Assembly: GCA_011109175.1 (NCBI GenBank)
Contig: RDEW01000039.1
Location: forward strand, 473,737-536,092
From: Dicyema japonicum
Lineage: Eukaryota; Animalia; Dicyemida
Length of the DNA stretch: 62,356 nt
Direction: 5' to 3'
The notes under the pieces were generated by a model. It saw nothing but the letters and a program-made list of their open reading frames with translations. It made no database searches and was not told the DNA's origin. Of the stretch, positions 51,256 through 62,356 are shown piece by piece. Within the stretch, counting starts at the first letter, position 1. Each line of letters starts with the position of its first letter. The translations under genes and the position numbers were made by a program.

Positions 51256-52459
51256 AAACGAAGTAAACTATTGAGGCGGTAAAATTATAATAACTTTTAA
51301 AATACTAATTAAAAATAAATTCACTAAAAATATTTATTAAATTAATATTTATACCGAATAAGATAATTTGAGTATACAAGCGTGCCTCACTAACAAATCT
51401 GAAGAACATCGTAATCTTAATGAAATGTATTTAAAAATTTGCAAGTCTACTACAACGGCTATGTTAAGATAATGCTTCACAGCGCCAATATAAAATTGTA
51501 GTCATTTTCTCAGGATTATCAAATCGCTCTTAGTCTTGGTTTTGTGCCTCTTTTTCATGACAATTTTTCATGTATCTGAAATGTATTAGCAGTTGCTACC
51601 TCGATCAGGTTGAGTTCATAGCTTGCAGTAACAGAATCGACATTGGTTTGCTTTTTTGTAGAACGTGGATGTTCGTTGTGTCAACTTAGTTTCCAATTTC
51701 TTTGAACCTTGAAACACTCATTAGGCTTTTATATTCATCGCAAGATCGATTGTTAGTTTCTGTAGTTCCGTAGTTCCCATATTTCTTGAAATACTCGTCT
51801 TCTTTTCTTCTTTGTGATACCATTCTAAATGGGATCAATTTTGCTAATATTTTAAGGCAATGTAATAACCACGATTCTACAGGATACAATTTATTATTTT
51901 TCTAAAATTTGTTAAATCGCAAGTATCGGGAAACAATTTCAGTATTATGTTATGGACGTAAGGGCCCAGTGCTACACCATACACATGGAAGCACCCATTG
52001 TTGGATAGTATAGTTGTTCTGGGAACGTTCGTATGTAAAAGATAGCGTGGTTTTATTGGGGGAAGTAAAGTACAAACAATATCAAATTTGTGTCTCATCA
52101 GGTAGTATGCAAGCTCAGTTTGTTTGATGTAATTCCAATGATATTCAGTTGTAGAATTCTAATTTTGTTTGGTCAGTTATTTGGGTTGACATCTCATGAC
52201 GTTTGAAAGATGTCATTCGAGCCCCCCATGGGGAACTCTTTTGTGAGAACCAATAGTGAAAGTAAGTGGCATTTTTTCTACTGCTATTCAAGACATAAAC
52301 ACATCAAACCGATACTGTGAGGTATTTTTTCGTGCTGCTCCATAGTACCCACAGCTTTTCTGAATCAACGACGTTCCTCTTTAATCAAAATATGGAGAAG
52401 CGTGAGTTTTGGAGGGTTCTAATACAGATTGGTAGAACGATCGGATTTGAAGTCACAGA

Positions 52460-53400
52460 GAGTATTGAAACCAGAACCATTGTTCCGGATAGCTGTGTTG
52501 GAATAGTTGAGCATAGAAATTGGTTCAGCTCTTAGAGATCTTGAAGAAGTTCGAAATTGAAATTCTATAAGCCCAGGAGGCACAAATATACTACACCATT
52601 GGCTTTATGAGCTGATTAAATGAGACGGAAGCGCATTCTTGTGACGCCTGGGTTTTGGAATTTAAAATGTTTTAATGAAGCCAAGTTTCATGAGGTCCCT
52701 TGCTAAAAAGTTCTTCACATGATGGGAAAAAGAAAACAAAGGTCCACAGTCACTCCCAGTATTCTTAGATGTCTCTGCATGGGAATAATATCTCCATAAA
52801 GGTTGATTTCTAGCGTATCCTTTTGTCTCCGGTCAGTGGTAAACTCCCAGGTTGTCTAGATGTGACTGAAGTTCTGAGTTCGCCATATTCACGTATCTGT
52901 TTCTACTGCAATAATTAATTCGCTAGCATATGGCAGAAGCATTGGATCAGGTTCTTCAGGGTGGGGTAAGTCGTTTAGAATAAGAACCAAATTACGTAGG
53001 TGACGAAAGTGAGTCTTCAAACCCCCTTGTGACTTATAGAGGCGTGATACTTAATCAGGGTATTAGCTTCCTTAATATTTGGAGCAGGGAGAGATTCTGT
53101 TACATTAGATATTTTTAATTGGATTCGAGGATAACATTCTAAACAAGTCTAGTAGATTTCACTTGTCCAATAGATGATAAGAGTCGGTTCCGGATGGAGG
53201 TTTTAAACAGAAAGCGTATTCGAGACGTGTCTTTGAATAAATGAGGGAGCACCCTGAGTGCATTGGTAGTGCGAGAAGACTGGCATTCCTCAAAGTGTGT
53301 AGCTACTATTGATCCGGTGCCTCGCTTAACGCCTATCCTTGTGCCGAGATTGGCAACCTTCTGGATGATGAGGCGTTAGAATATCCACGCGCAACGTATT
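52460..53400 (-). mobile_element. L2/CR1/Jockey-like LINE RT relic
   Basis: LQSHLDNL; INLYGDIIP..RILGVTVD..FSHHVKN; LIKPMV.Y.CASW. Confidence 0.7.
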
Positions 53401-54129
53401 TGTCTTAAAGTGTGTGTTGAGCGGAAATGTCGCTGTGGGCTTTGATCGATCCATAAGGCTACCAACCACTGTCGTGCAGGTTGAACTATATGTAATATGT
53501 CTCTGCGTAAAGTGTATTATTATACAAGTAGGATATTTGTTTATTAAGTCATTTTGTACTGAGTTTAGTGCTGATTACTTGACGTTTTCATTGTCCATGA
53601 AGCCAAGTTTTGATGTGTCTCCAGAATTCATCTATTCTAAATTCCCTGGTTCTTACAGTATCTCTTTTTTTGTTTAAAAAAAGAAACCACTTATTTAATG
53701 CCAAAAAATCTCAACGAGAAAAGGGGTCAAGGTTGCTTTGTCATCCAACACAAAGTCAACATTGTCCACGTTATTTCGGTAATTGTGTTTTTACATATAG
53801 TTTTCAAAGGTCATAGAGTTCCATCTTTAGGTTGACTAGCGAGTCGCCTTGTGATGTCCCCACAATTATTTCAAATTTCCATGAGGAAAATAAACAAGAA
53901 ATAGAAGGAAAATAAGCAAGCCGAAAAAAAGAACCCCGCGAATCGTTCTGGCTAAAACAAAGATTCTGGATTGCTGAATTACGGTGAACACATACGCAAT
54001 CCTTTCTGCAAAGGATTAATTATATAAATCTTTCTTTGTGTTAACAAATCGTTTTCCATTAAAAAATTAAAAACTTTAATTTTATTAAAAGTACAAAAGT
54101 TAATAATATGGGAGCAACAAACCAGTGTA

Positions 54130-54480
54130 CCTCCCTCCAACTATCTCCAATAAATTTGAAATACTAAATTAACAAAATAGACGAAACCTTTGGTTGTACT
54201 TAATATTTTTCTCTATTCTGTATTTTCGTTCATTTCGCTGTTTTTCCTCAAATTTGCTCTTGTAGAAGCTCGCTTGAGTGACATCGGCCTTGAAAAGGTT
54301 CTTGGTAACATCGTACCACTGTATAACAGAGAATTAGGTCTGTGGCACCTCCGGGATTGCTAGTTGACTTTTTTGCTACTTGACTTTCAGTGGTTGAACG
54401 ATTTTTTTATTACCGGAGTACTTTTACTGTCAAAGAAAACGTGTGGTTCTAAAGTCATAACAAGAAAAACCTGATCCTCG
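54130..54480 (-). pseudogene. Oxysterol-binding-protein-related (ORP9/10/11-like) 3' fragment, disrupted
   Basis: After a 22-nt intron (54449-54470): PHVFFDSKSTPVIKK, then WYDVTKNLFKADVTQASFYKSKFEEKQRNERKYR and FKFIGDSW; frameshifted. Confidence 0.75.
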
Positions 54481-55497
54481 ACAAATTAGACAGTAGCACG
54501 TCGTTGCGTACATCAGATATCTAGTACTTGTTGACCTTGGAGACGTGAAATCGGCAATTAAAAATTAAAATTATTCCAAAGACCAAGGGTAATCAAACTA
54601 ATTAACTCCTTGATCCTGACTAGAACATTAAATAATAGAGGACTTAAAATTGATTCCTCTCTTCAATAATATCATATTTAAAAAATAGCGACCCCATCTA
54701 GCATGTGAGTATCTTCCTTCTAAGTATAATTTCACCATCAAAAAGTTGATGCTATATTAATTATTTAAAATAAATTAAAGTATAAATATTTCATAATTAA
54801 AAAATCACTAATTAGAGTTTCTTTTAAATCTTGGATAGCCTTTCTTTCTCTGTTTAGTGAAAATCGCTCTTCAATGACAATTTTTGTTTTTTTTTGTCAT
54901 TCTTTAATATGCCTGACTTTGTGAGTCAAACCAACTGGTTTCAAATGAGAATTGCAGTGTTCTGGTTTGAAAAAACCATTCTATTAAAATCTTTCATTTT
55001 TGCATTTGAGCTTTAATTAATCTTAAGCCTCTTTTGATGGCGTTGATTTTTTGCAAAATTGCCTGGGGTCTGGCTATGGAAATCGTCCCGCCAATCTCAA
55101 TCGTCTCTTAGTAGGTGGAGCCTGATGTCATTGACCATCACTAATTTGTATTTTTCACATTTGATGGTCGTAGTAAACAAGGATCCCTGAAAATAGGCAG
55201 ATCTTCATAAAATTATTCATTTTAGGAAACAAAAGATAAAAAGCACTACATCACATTGCCCACCATTCAGATTCCTACTTCTTTTACAAGAGTATTTAAA
55301 CTTAACATACAACGGAAGAACCACGTGGGTAATCTGCTTACGGAGAAAACTACCCACATTTGTAACAAACAGATTCAACCTCTCACCCTTACCACTACCA
55401 AATAGTTTGTTTACGTAATGTTGGTCAAGTTCCTTAATTTGTGTGGATCAAAAGGGGTTTCTTCAAAAGCAGCCGACCAACTCCTCAGCAACTTCTT

Positions 55498-55610
55498 AAA
55501 TAATAACAATAATAATAATAAAGCCTTTTCACGAGAGCCATAGTATTTATAGCTCCGCATAGGCAGGACACACACTTTATTTAAGTAAAGAACAGTTAAT
55601 TTTAACTAAT
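55498..55610 (-). mobile_element. 5'-truncated SINE copy with (TTA)n tail
   Basis: Matches 59735-59840; taataacaataataataata tail. Confidence 0.75.
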
Positions 55611-55668
55611 CAATAGACTTGGAATAAGTTTATTGAAATTCTCCAAGCTTTCCAGAAAGAGGTAGCAA

Positions 55669-56190
55669 TTAGAGGAAACAATAATCTCGGATGGAATCTT
55701 TGACTATGTTTCGCGTAAGAATGGATTCGTTTATTAAATAAACAGAATAAGAGATTAATCCTATGATGGCGGAAATATAATGAAATAATGTACAAGGCTC
55801 TTTCTAAACTTAAGATAGACAGACTACTTGAAAGTTAATCGCTATCAGGAGAGTCCCCAGAACAAGGACCAAGAACCCCAATGAGACGTAGTTCATTACT
55901 TTGTCGACATTTCTTTTGATTTGCTTACTTTTGTAATTTATCAGCAAAATCACAAAATCTGAATAAACAAACAAAATACTAATTATGATAGAAATGTTCA
56001 TTAGAAGCGAAAAATATGAACTTCCAGGCTTCAGGTTATATGTGTCGCTGGAATAAGCATGATCATACCTTATATAAGGGATCACCCTGGTGGAGTTATA
56101 GTCCCTCTTGTACAGTAAGATTGTACCAAGGACACTGAAAAACATGAGAATTTCTGTCAAAACAATCATAGCGCAGATAAATTTTTGCAT
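55669..56190 (-). CDS. DRAM/TMEM150 (Frag1/Sfk1) family membrane protein, C-terminally truncated or pseudogene
   Basis: ATG at 56190. Removing a 21-nt intron (56048-56068) gives PYISDT, and a 24-nt intron (55804-55827) gives INFQ|KEPCTLFHYISAIIG. The early stop at 55669 lies just before a SINE insertion. Confidence 0.75.
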
Positions 56191-57404
56191 TGTTGAATTT
56201 TTTATTATTTTTTTCTGAAGCAAACTTTATTTTAATTAACTTTTTTAATAAATATAAAAAAATTTATATAGACTGAAATTTCATACAAAAAATAATTCAT
56301 CTAATTTCAAGATTTTAAGACGTGAAATTGAATACTGGGAAGTCAGATCGTGTATTCAAAAATTCCAACTGAAGAAGGAAGAGCTTAGAATGACACGATC
56401 TCTCTTCCAGAACATTGGGCTTGCAATCATGAGGAGTAACTCATATTGCATTCTCAATGTCTGCAAGACATAATGGAGACCTTGTCTTTAAAATTGACTT
56501 TTAATAAATTAAATAAATTTTAGATTAAAAAAATATCTGAGTCCTTTAGGTTATTTGCTGTAGAGATCAGTCTTCCTTTGAAGTGAATTAATTGTATTTC
56601 CTGAGAGACTACACGGCTAAACAATTAAGTCGTGTGATCCACCTGTCTAGGTGACGCCCAGTGCCAGGCCGGCATGAAAAAGGATCATTTGCTCTTCCCC
56701 ACTTTACTAGAGGGGTTTCCACAACTGCTTGTACCCTTTATGCTGATTCCGGATGGACTCTGTTTCTGTAGAAGTGGAAAATGGATACACTTAATTAGTT
56801 GTTTACTTTAATTTCTTTCTCGGTGTATCCGGGGTTAATTAATAAATAATAAAATAAAAACAATTAAGTAGTATGTCTAACAGTGATTACACGAGGAGAT
56901 ACTAAGCTATCATCCCAAATTGGAAAACGATAATTAAACCAAAATATATTCCGCCATTATTTACCTTTACAGTAAAATAGAGCAAGTAGGATTTTTCATT
57001 CGGATTCTTAGGGAAATCCCATTTAACTCTCATCATTGATATGTAATATCTGTTGGTGTGTCTTAAAAGACGAAATAGTCAGATTTAAGTAAAATACGTT
57101 AACTCCTCTATGTTAAATGTCTTAGAGTTCGTATAGTCTGTGGGAACATCATTCTCGATTTTTTTTCTGTGAACGAATTTGAAAAGATTAAAGCGATTCT
57201 CGAAAAGCACATTTTCTCATCAAATGTGATTGAACACGTCTACCAACTGAATAATAATTAAGTTCCCCCGTTTATATTTTGTACGAAAGTTGGTCTTGCT
57301 TGACGAGGACCTGAAAAACGTGATAAAATTTGATTTCAGAAAACCGACTTTATTTTTTAGAAATTTTGTTTGGAATAATTATAGACAGCGTGGCTATTTC
57401 TTTT

Positions 57405-57560
57405 CAGGATGGCGAGTGAGGTTCATTCAAAGAGCCTAGCAGCGCTAGCAGGGATTTCCTGTTCGTGCAGAAATCCGAACCCTAGACGACTAAAGAATTC
57501 CATCGTCTCAGGCGCAAGGAAACCAGACTTTCAAACAGTGAGCGGAATTTATACAAATTT
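57405..57560 (-). mobile_element. CRE-clade RLE fragment
   Basis: Similar to 50010-50160 (SG.LAPETMEFFSRLG). Confidence 0.65.
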
Positions 57561-59734
57561 TTGAAATTTTTGGGGAAAATGAAATCAACGAGGATTTCAA
57601 ACTGACAGATAATTTTTGTGGTAAAATTGTGGAATTTCGGAAATAAATCTGTGCTTATATTTTTGCAGGCAGTATACGGTCAACCGACCGGGACGGATAA
57701 ATTTTACTTTTGTATCGATCCACGTGTCTTTCCCAAGGGTAGAAAAGAACATGGAAGTACTAGTCTCTTATTAGGCAGGTTTATTCCACAAAAAAAGACA
57801 AATGTTTTCCTGACATTTTTAAAGAGGAGTTTTTGGACCAAATAAACAAAAATGGACTCGGCCTACAATTTCCCTTACTCTCAGTTAGAAATGGAAATTT
57901 GTGTATAGGAAGCGACGGAATAAAACCCCGAGGTGCCTCCCATTTCTCAAAATCAGATACATCAAAATATTTGCTGAATTTTAAAAATTTATTCATCGAA
58001 AAGTTCTGTTCCATCTTTGATTCTCTAAGCTCGGGGATTTTTCTCCTAAACAACTTTTGGTGGACGAAATTAAAATGACCATCAAAATATTTGCTGAATT
58101 TTAAAAATTTATTCATCGAAAAGTTCTGTTCCATCTTTGATTCTCTAAGCTCGGGGATTTTTCTCCTAAACAACTTTTGGTGGACGAAATTAAAATGACC
58201 ATCAACTTTTGCTCAACGAGGAGACAAACTTTGCTGACTACAACAATAATTTAGAGTTTATTACATTTACGCTAAAGGCAGCTAGCATTTGATTGTACAC
58301 GGAAATCACGGATATCATTTAAACTCACGACTTTTCTGTAATTCTCATTTTATGTAGAATCACATGTGGCAGATTGAATCCGAATTTTTTTTGAATAGAA
58401 TCGGGCGGCAGATCTTGATATCAAAAATAATAACTACGAATTGTGCAATATATTCGGGGATTGCCTCCCGTATTCTCAGATTACTAACAATTACGTGATA
58501 TTTCTCGAGTCCCTAGATTTTATAATTGGCGGTGAGTCCTCGAAAGTATTTATTGGAGTTAACATCTTCAGTGACTTAGATCTATGTTTCTTGTAAATAC
58601 AAAAGCAATTTAATGAACGGATTAAGGTTGTATTTCATTTTACATGAATTACCTTGAGATTATTGTTTACGTAAGGAATTAAAAAAATTAACATTACCAT
58701 TTCATGCCTAATAGAAGTATAAATTTACAGTCATTGTTCTTTAGTCAATTTAAGATTCTTATGTAAGTAATGAATAGTGCATTACACTAACCCTAACTCA
58801 CACTACTTGCATGATAGAACCAAGATCAGTTAATGAAGTAAAAATGTTATTCGACACTACTTGCTAAATGTTATGCAATTCACAATCATTCTTGTTTCTG
58901 ATGTCAATTTGATATTCTAGATCTAGTAATAATGTAAAAATCTTATTCTACACTCCTTGCGAAATGTTATGCTTTACATAAGTTTATTTGATATTCNNNN
59001 NNNNNNNNNNNNNNNNNNNNNNNNNNNNNNNNNNNNNNNNNNNNNNNNNNNNNNNNNNNNNNNNNNNNNNNNNNNNNNNNNNNNNNNNNNNNNNNNNNNN
59101 NNNNNNNNNNNNNNNNNNNNNNNNNNNNNNNNNNNNNNNNNNNNNNNNNNNNNNNNNNNNNNNNNNNNNNNNNNNNNNNNNNNNNNNNNNNNNNNNNNNN
59201 NNNNNNNNNNNNNNNNNNNNNNNNNNNNNNNNNNNNNNNNNNNNNNNNNNNNNNNNNNNNNNNNNNNNNNNNNNNNNNNNNNNNNNNNNNNNNNNNNNNN
59301 NNNNNNNNNNNNNNNNNNNNNNNNNNNNNNNNNNNNNNNNNNNNNNNNNNNNNNNNNNNNNNNNNNNNNNNNNNNNNNNNNNNNNNNNNNNNNNNNNNNN
59401 NNNNNNNNNNNNNNNNNNNNNNNNNNNNNNNNNNNNNNNNNNNNNNNNNNNNNNNNNNNNNNNNNNNNNNNNNNNNNNNNNNNNNNNNNNNNNNNNNNNN
59501 NNNNNNNNNNNNNNNNNNNNNNNNNNNNNNNNNNNNNNNNNNNNNNNNNNNNNNNNNNNNNNNNNNNNNNNNNNNNNNNNNNNNNNNNNNNNNNNNNNNN
59601 NNNNNNNNNNNNNNNNNNNNNNNNNNNNNNNNNNNNNNNNNNNNNNNNNNNATCCATATGACAAGTAGCCAATACAAAACACCATGATATGCAGCAAATA
59701 GTTTATATTTTTATAATTAAAAACACTGACTTAA

Positions 59735-60330
59735 AAATAATAATAATAATAACAGCCTTTTTAACGGAGCCGTGGTATTAGCTCCGCATAGGCAGGACAC
59801 ACACTTTATTTAAGTAAAGAACAGTTAATTTTAACTAATCGTAGAACCAAGGAATGATCTTTACTTCTATTTTCTTTTTCTTGTGTGTGGGTCCTCTCTA
59901 GACAATCCAGTTCCGCAGTGAGAGTCCACTGATGATGGCGTCACTCGTCAAGCCTTTTTTAAAATGGAAATTCATGCAAATCAATCAGTATATCACTAAT
60001 GCCCTTCAGAAAAAAGTGTGAGTACAGACTCTGACTTAAAAAGTGGCGTTAAAAATCATAGATTATTTATAAATTTAATTAAATTTATATTTAAATTATT
60101 TTTTTAAGTAAATCAATTAAGTTAGAATTTAAAATAGAATATATTAAACGTGTAAATAAGTTGAACGTGTTACGCTTTGGTTGAGATGACTACGCTACAG
60201 AANTGTCACTCGTCAAGTCTTTTTAGCATCGTAGATGCGTGGAATTATCCACGAGGTGAACAGCAACGAGAATTGAACCCGTAACCTAAGTCACTTTAGC
60301 CCTACACCTAACCACTATGCCAACCGGGGT
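59735..60330 (-). mobile_element. tRNA-derived SINE copy, split between 60204-60330 (head) and 59735-59955 (body and tail)
   Basis: The head has the A box tggcatagtggtta and a paired T arm acgggTTCAATTctcgt. The overlap gtcactcgtcaag occurs at both 59940 and 60204, next to a single N; the tail is (TTA)n. Confidence 0.7.
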
Positions 60331-60426
60331 TTGTCACTAGCGCAACAAAAAATGTTCTGTTGCTAATAACAAATAAAATTAATTTAAATAAATTTAATAA
60401 TTTTAGTATCCAAGCTAAACAATTTA

Positions 60427-60726
60427 ATGGAAGAGCCTAAGCTTATTAAAAGGTTTACTTTGTCGCAACACTTATCCTAGGCGTGTTATATCAGGAGATA
60501 TCGATGCTCACCCAACAGAGAAGGCATTAATAATAAACTATGAAATAGAAGCGATTGTGCTAGGAGAAAACGACAAGCCTGTAGTAGGCGAGAGGAAGTC
60601 ATATCAGAAAAAGTAAAAATAAAATTAAAACTCAGTAAAAATAAAATTAAATTCACATTAAAATTGGAGCTTTATCAATTCAAATCATAGAACACGACCA
60701 AGATAAATATGACAAAATACAACAAG
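60427..60726 (+). pseudogene. KIFAP3: Kinesin-associated protein 3 (KAP3) 5' fragment
   Basis: ATG at 60427; 28-nt intron at 60453-60480. Spliced: MEEPKLIKRRVISGDIDAHPTEKALIINYEIEAIVLGENDKPVVGERKSYQK, matching the KAP3 N-terminus (G.ID.HP.EKALI..YE.EA..LGE...P..GERK..QK). It becomes frameshifted and then ends in AT-rich DNA. Confidence 0.85.
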
Positions 60727-61282
60727 GTAATTTCATTTAAAATATTTATTTTCAATTATTTTAATTTTAAATTTTTTGAATTAATTTATATATTTTTTAA
60801 ATATATTAATTATTTTTTACTCAAATTTATTTTAAAATATTTATTTTCAATTATTTTAATTTTAAATTTTTTGAATTAATTTATATATTTTTTAAATATA
60901 TTAATTATTTTTTACTCAAATTAATTTATTAAATTATTTTTAAATCATTTAACGATTTTAAATTTTACGTGACTTTTAGATAAAAGCAAAAATTCGAGTC
61001 ATTCCCTTGAAATCTCTAAGGAATTAAAACAGTTAACGGAAAACCAGGAGAAGTTATTTAGAAGTAATTTTAATTAGAAATTTAGTCACTTTTTTCCTGC
61101 TGTTGAATCTCGCCGAGGATTTGAAGGTGGAAATGAAAATGCACAGCAAGAACATTGTCAGACTGCTTATTCGGTCCCTAACTAGATCAGGGTCCGACCT
61201 GCTCATTGTCATCGTATCCTTCCTTAAAAAACTCAGTATTTTTGCAGATGCTATCAACGACATGGNTGGAGTCCCATCTTAG

Positions 61283-61720
61283 TTTGCTTCTCACATGCAG
61301 AAGGCTGTTGCTAGTTGGAACATGACAACAGTGAAATGGATCCGCTACATCCTCTACAGTAGAAATATTCCGTATAAACGGATCAAATTGTTTCTCTTTA
61401 TGGCTGCCTGGCATGGAGTCTACCCAGGATATTACATTTTCTTTTTAAACTTTTACATGTTTTTGCATGCAACTATTAAAGTATAACAGTGGTTTACGTG
61501 TAGATGTACAAGTTCAGCGAACGAATGAATATCCCCCCAATGTTATCAAAAGCTGTCCAATCAGTATGGGCTCTCGTATCAATTGGGTACATCTCCATCC
61601 CATACGTCGTTCTCACATTGAATAGTACACTTGAAATTTATTGGTAAGGAATGTCCTTATTTTAGGTCTGTCGGCTTCTCTTTGCATTTTGTGGCTTTAT
61701 TTATTATTTTAGTACTCTGA
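61283..61720 (+). CDS. MBOAT-family lysophospholipid acyltransferase, 3' exons
   Basis: SWNMTTVKWIR..AAWHGVYPGYY catalytic motif. Introns at 61481-61503 (23 nt) and 61644-61665 (22 nt) extend the frame to TGA at 61718-61720. The 5' part (ADAIND at ~61245) is cut by the N at 61266. Confidence 0.82.
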
Positions 61721-61989
61721 CTGGGAATATATTTTTGACGGGGGAATTATTTTATTTTCTTTATATTTCAATTATGTTTGTGAATAAGACTTATGTCTTA
61801 CACGAAAATAAGTGGTTGTATAATGTTATTGTCCAACTTCTTTTGAATTGAGCCAGTGCAATACTCTTTCTGCCACTCACCATTGTCTAGCTACTCTTAA
61901 ATCTATATTGTGGTTCCATTAACTGCTCCTGTTATCTTCTAGCTCAGAGTATTTACGTTTGTGGTCAATAATAACTTTACCAACATCAC

Positions 61990-62356
61990 TCCCTTGAACA
62001 TTCTTGGTCCATTAACATACTTTTAAGAGTCCTCTTGATCGTAATAGATTGAACATTTTTTACTTACAATTCCTTCAAAATCGGAATAATCCTAAGTTTT
62101 CATAATTTGCCACAACCAATCTGTGATCACTATCTACTAGTGTCTCTATCTACTATTCAAACTTACAATTTCTTAAATTTCCTAAAAATACAACATCACT
62201 TCATCAATTTTTAGATATGGGGATCATAAACTCTTTCAAACCATATTTTTAACAACGTTCTTTATGAAGTGATATGTCTTGACGATGTTAAGGAATACTA
62301 TTCGACACTATTGAAGATTAATATGAATCAAATAATTGCATTTGTAAGGAAAGCTT
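61990..62356 (-). mobile_element. LINE APE endonuclease relic
   Basis: LRNCK...TLVDSDHRLVVA (SDH motif). Confidence 0.6.

Noticed and set aside
51600-52100. piggyBac-like LMSVSRFKEI motif
   Set aside because: A single short motif, with no TTAA ends or catalytic motifs found.
56667-56676. GGCCGGCATG, identical to the start of the HDV ribozyme
   Set aside because: No complementary P1 strand and no P3/L3 downstream.
57300-57320. TGACGAG..GAAA minimal hammerhead of a Penelope-type end
   Set aside because: The core C is missing, stems I and III cannot be formed, and no GIY-YIG or PLE RT is recognisable nearby.
4855-59650. Long ORFs made of X residues (gaps 4855-5295, 29842-30301, 36901-37875, 58997-59650)
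   Set aside because: They are scaffold N runs, not coding sequence.

Overview
This is an AT-rich (roughly 30% GC by eye), gap-containing eukaryotic scaffold; no prokaryotic operon, rRNA or CRISPR array was found. The ORF track misses most real coding content because genes here are split by very short GT-AG introns (21-29 nt). Removing them by hand recovers (a) the 3' part of an MBOAT acyltransferase, (b) a DRAM/TMEM150-like gene, (c) a KIFAP3 (KAP3) 5' fragment, (d) an OSBP-related fragment, (e) several degenerate ZYG11/ZER1-like LRR+ARM genes, and (f) an apparently intact 131-aa orphan gene. The standard genetic code, KAP3, ZYG11 and an animal-type transposon set suggest a ciliated, reduced metazoan such as a dicyemid mesozoan (inference). 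The rest is a mosaic of decayed transposons and shuffled segmental duplications. Transposon classes seen are RTE, CRE, REL-type and L2/CR1-like LINE relics, pogo/Tigger, a Ginger-like integrase, two TG..CA elements with 5-bp TSDs and a tRNA-derived SINE. Many 89-150 bp tandem duplications are probably assembly artefacts. The best candidates for new biology are the repeatedly co-duplicated ZYG11-like gene plus unknown convergent partner, the orphan mini-intron gene, a retroposed intron-retaining pre-tRNA, and an internally deleted RTE mini-element. All protein family calls come from motif recognition by eye, not from database searches.
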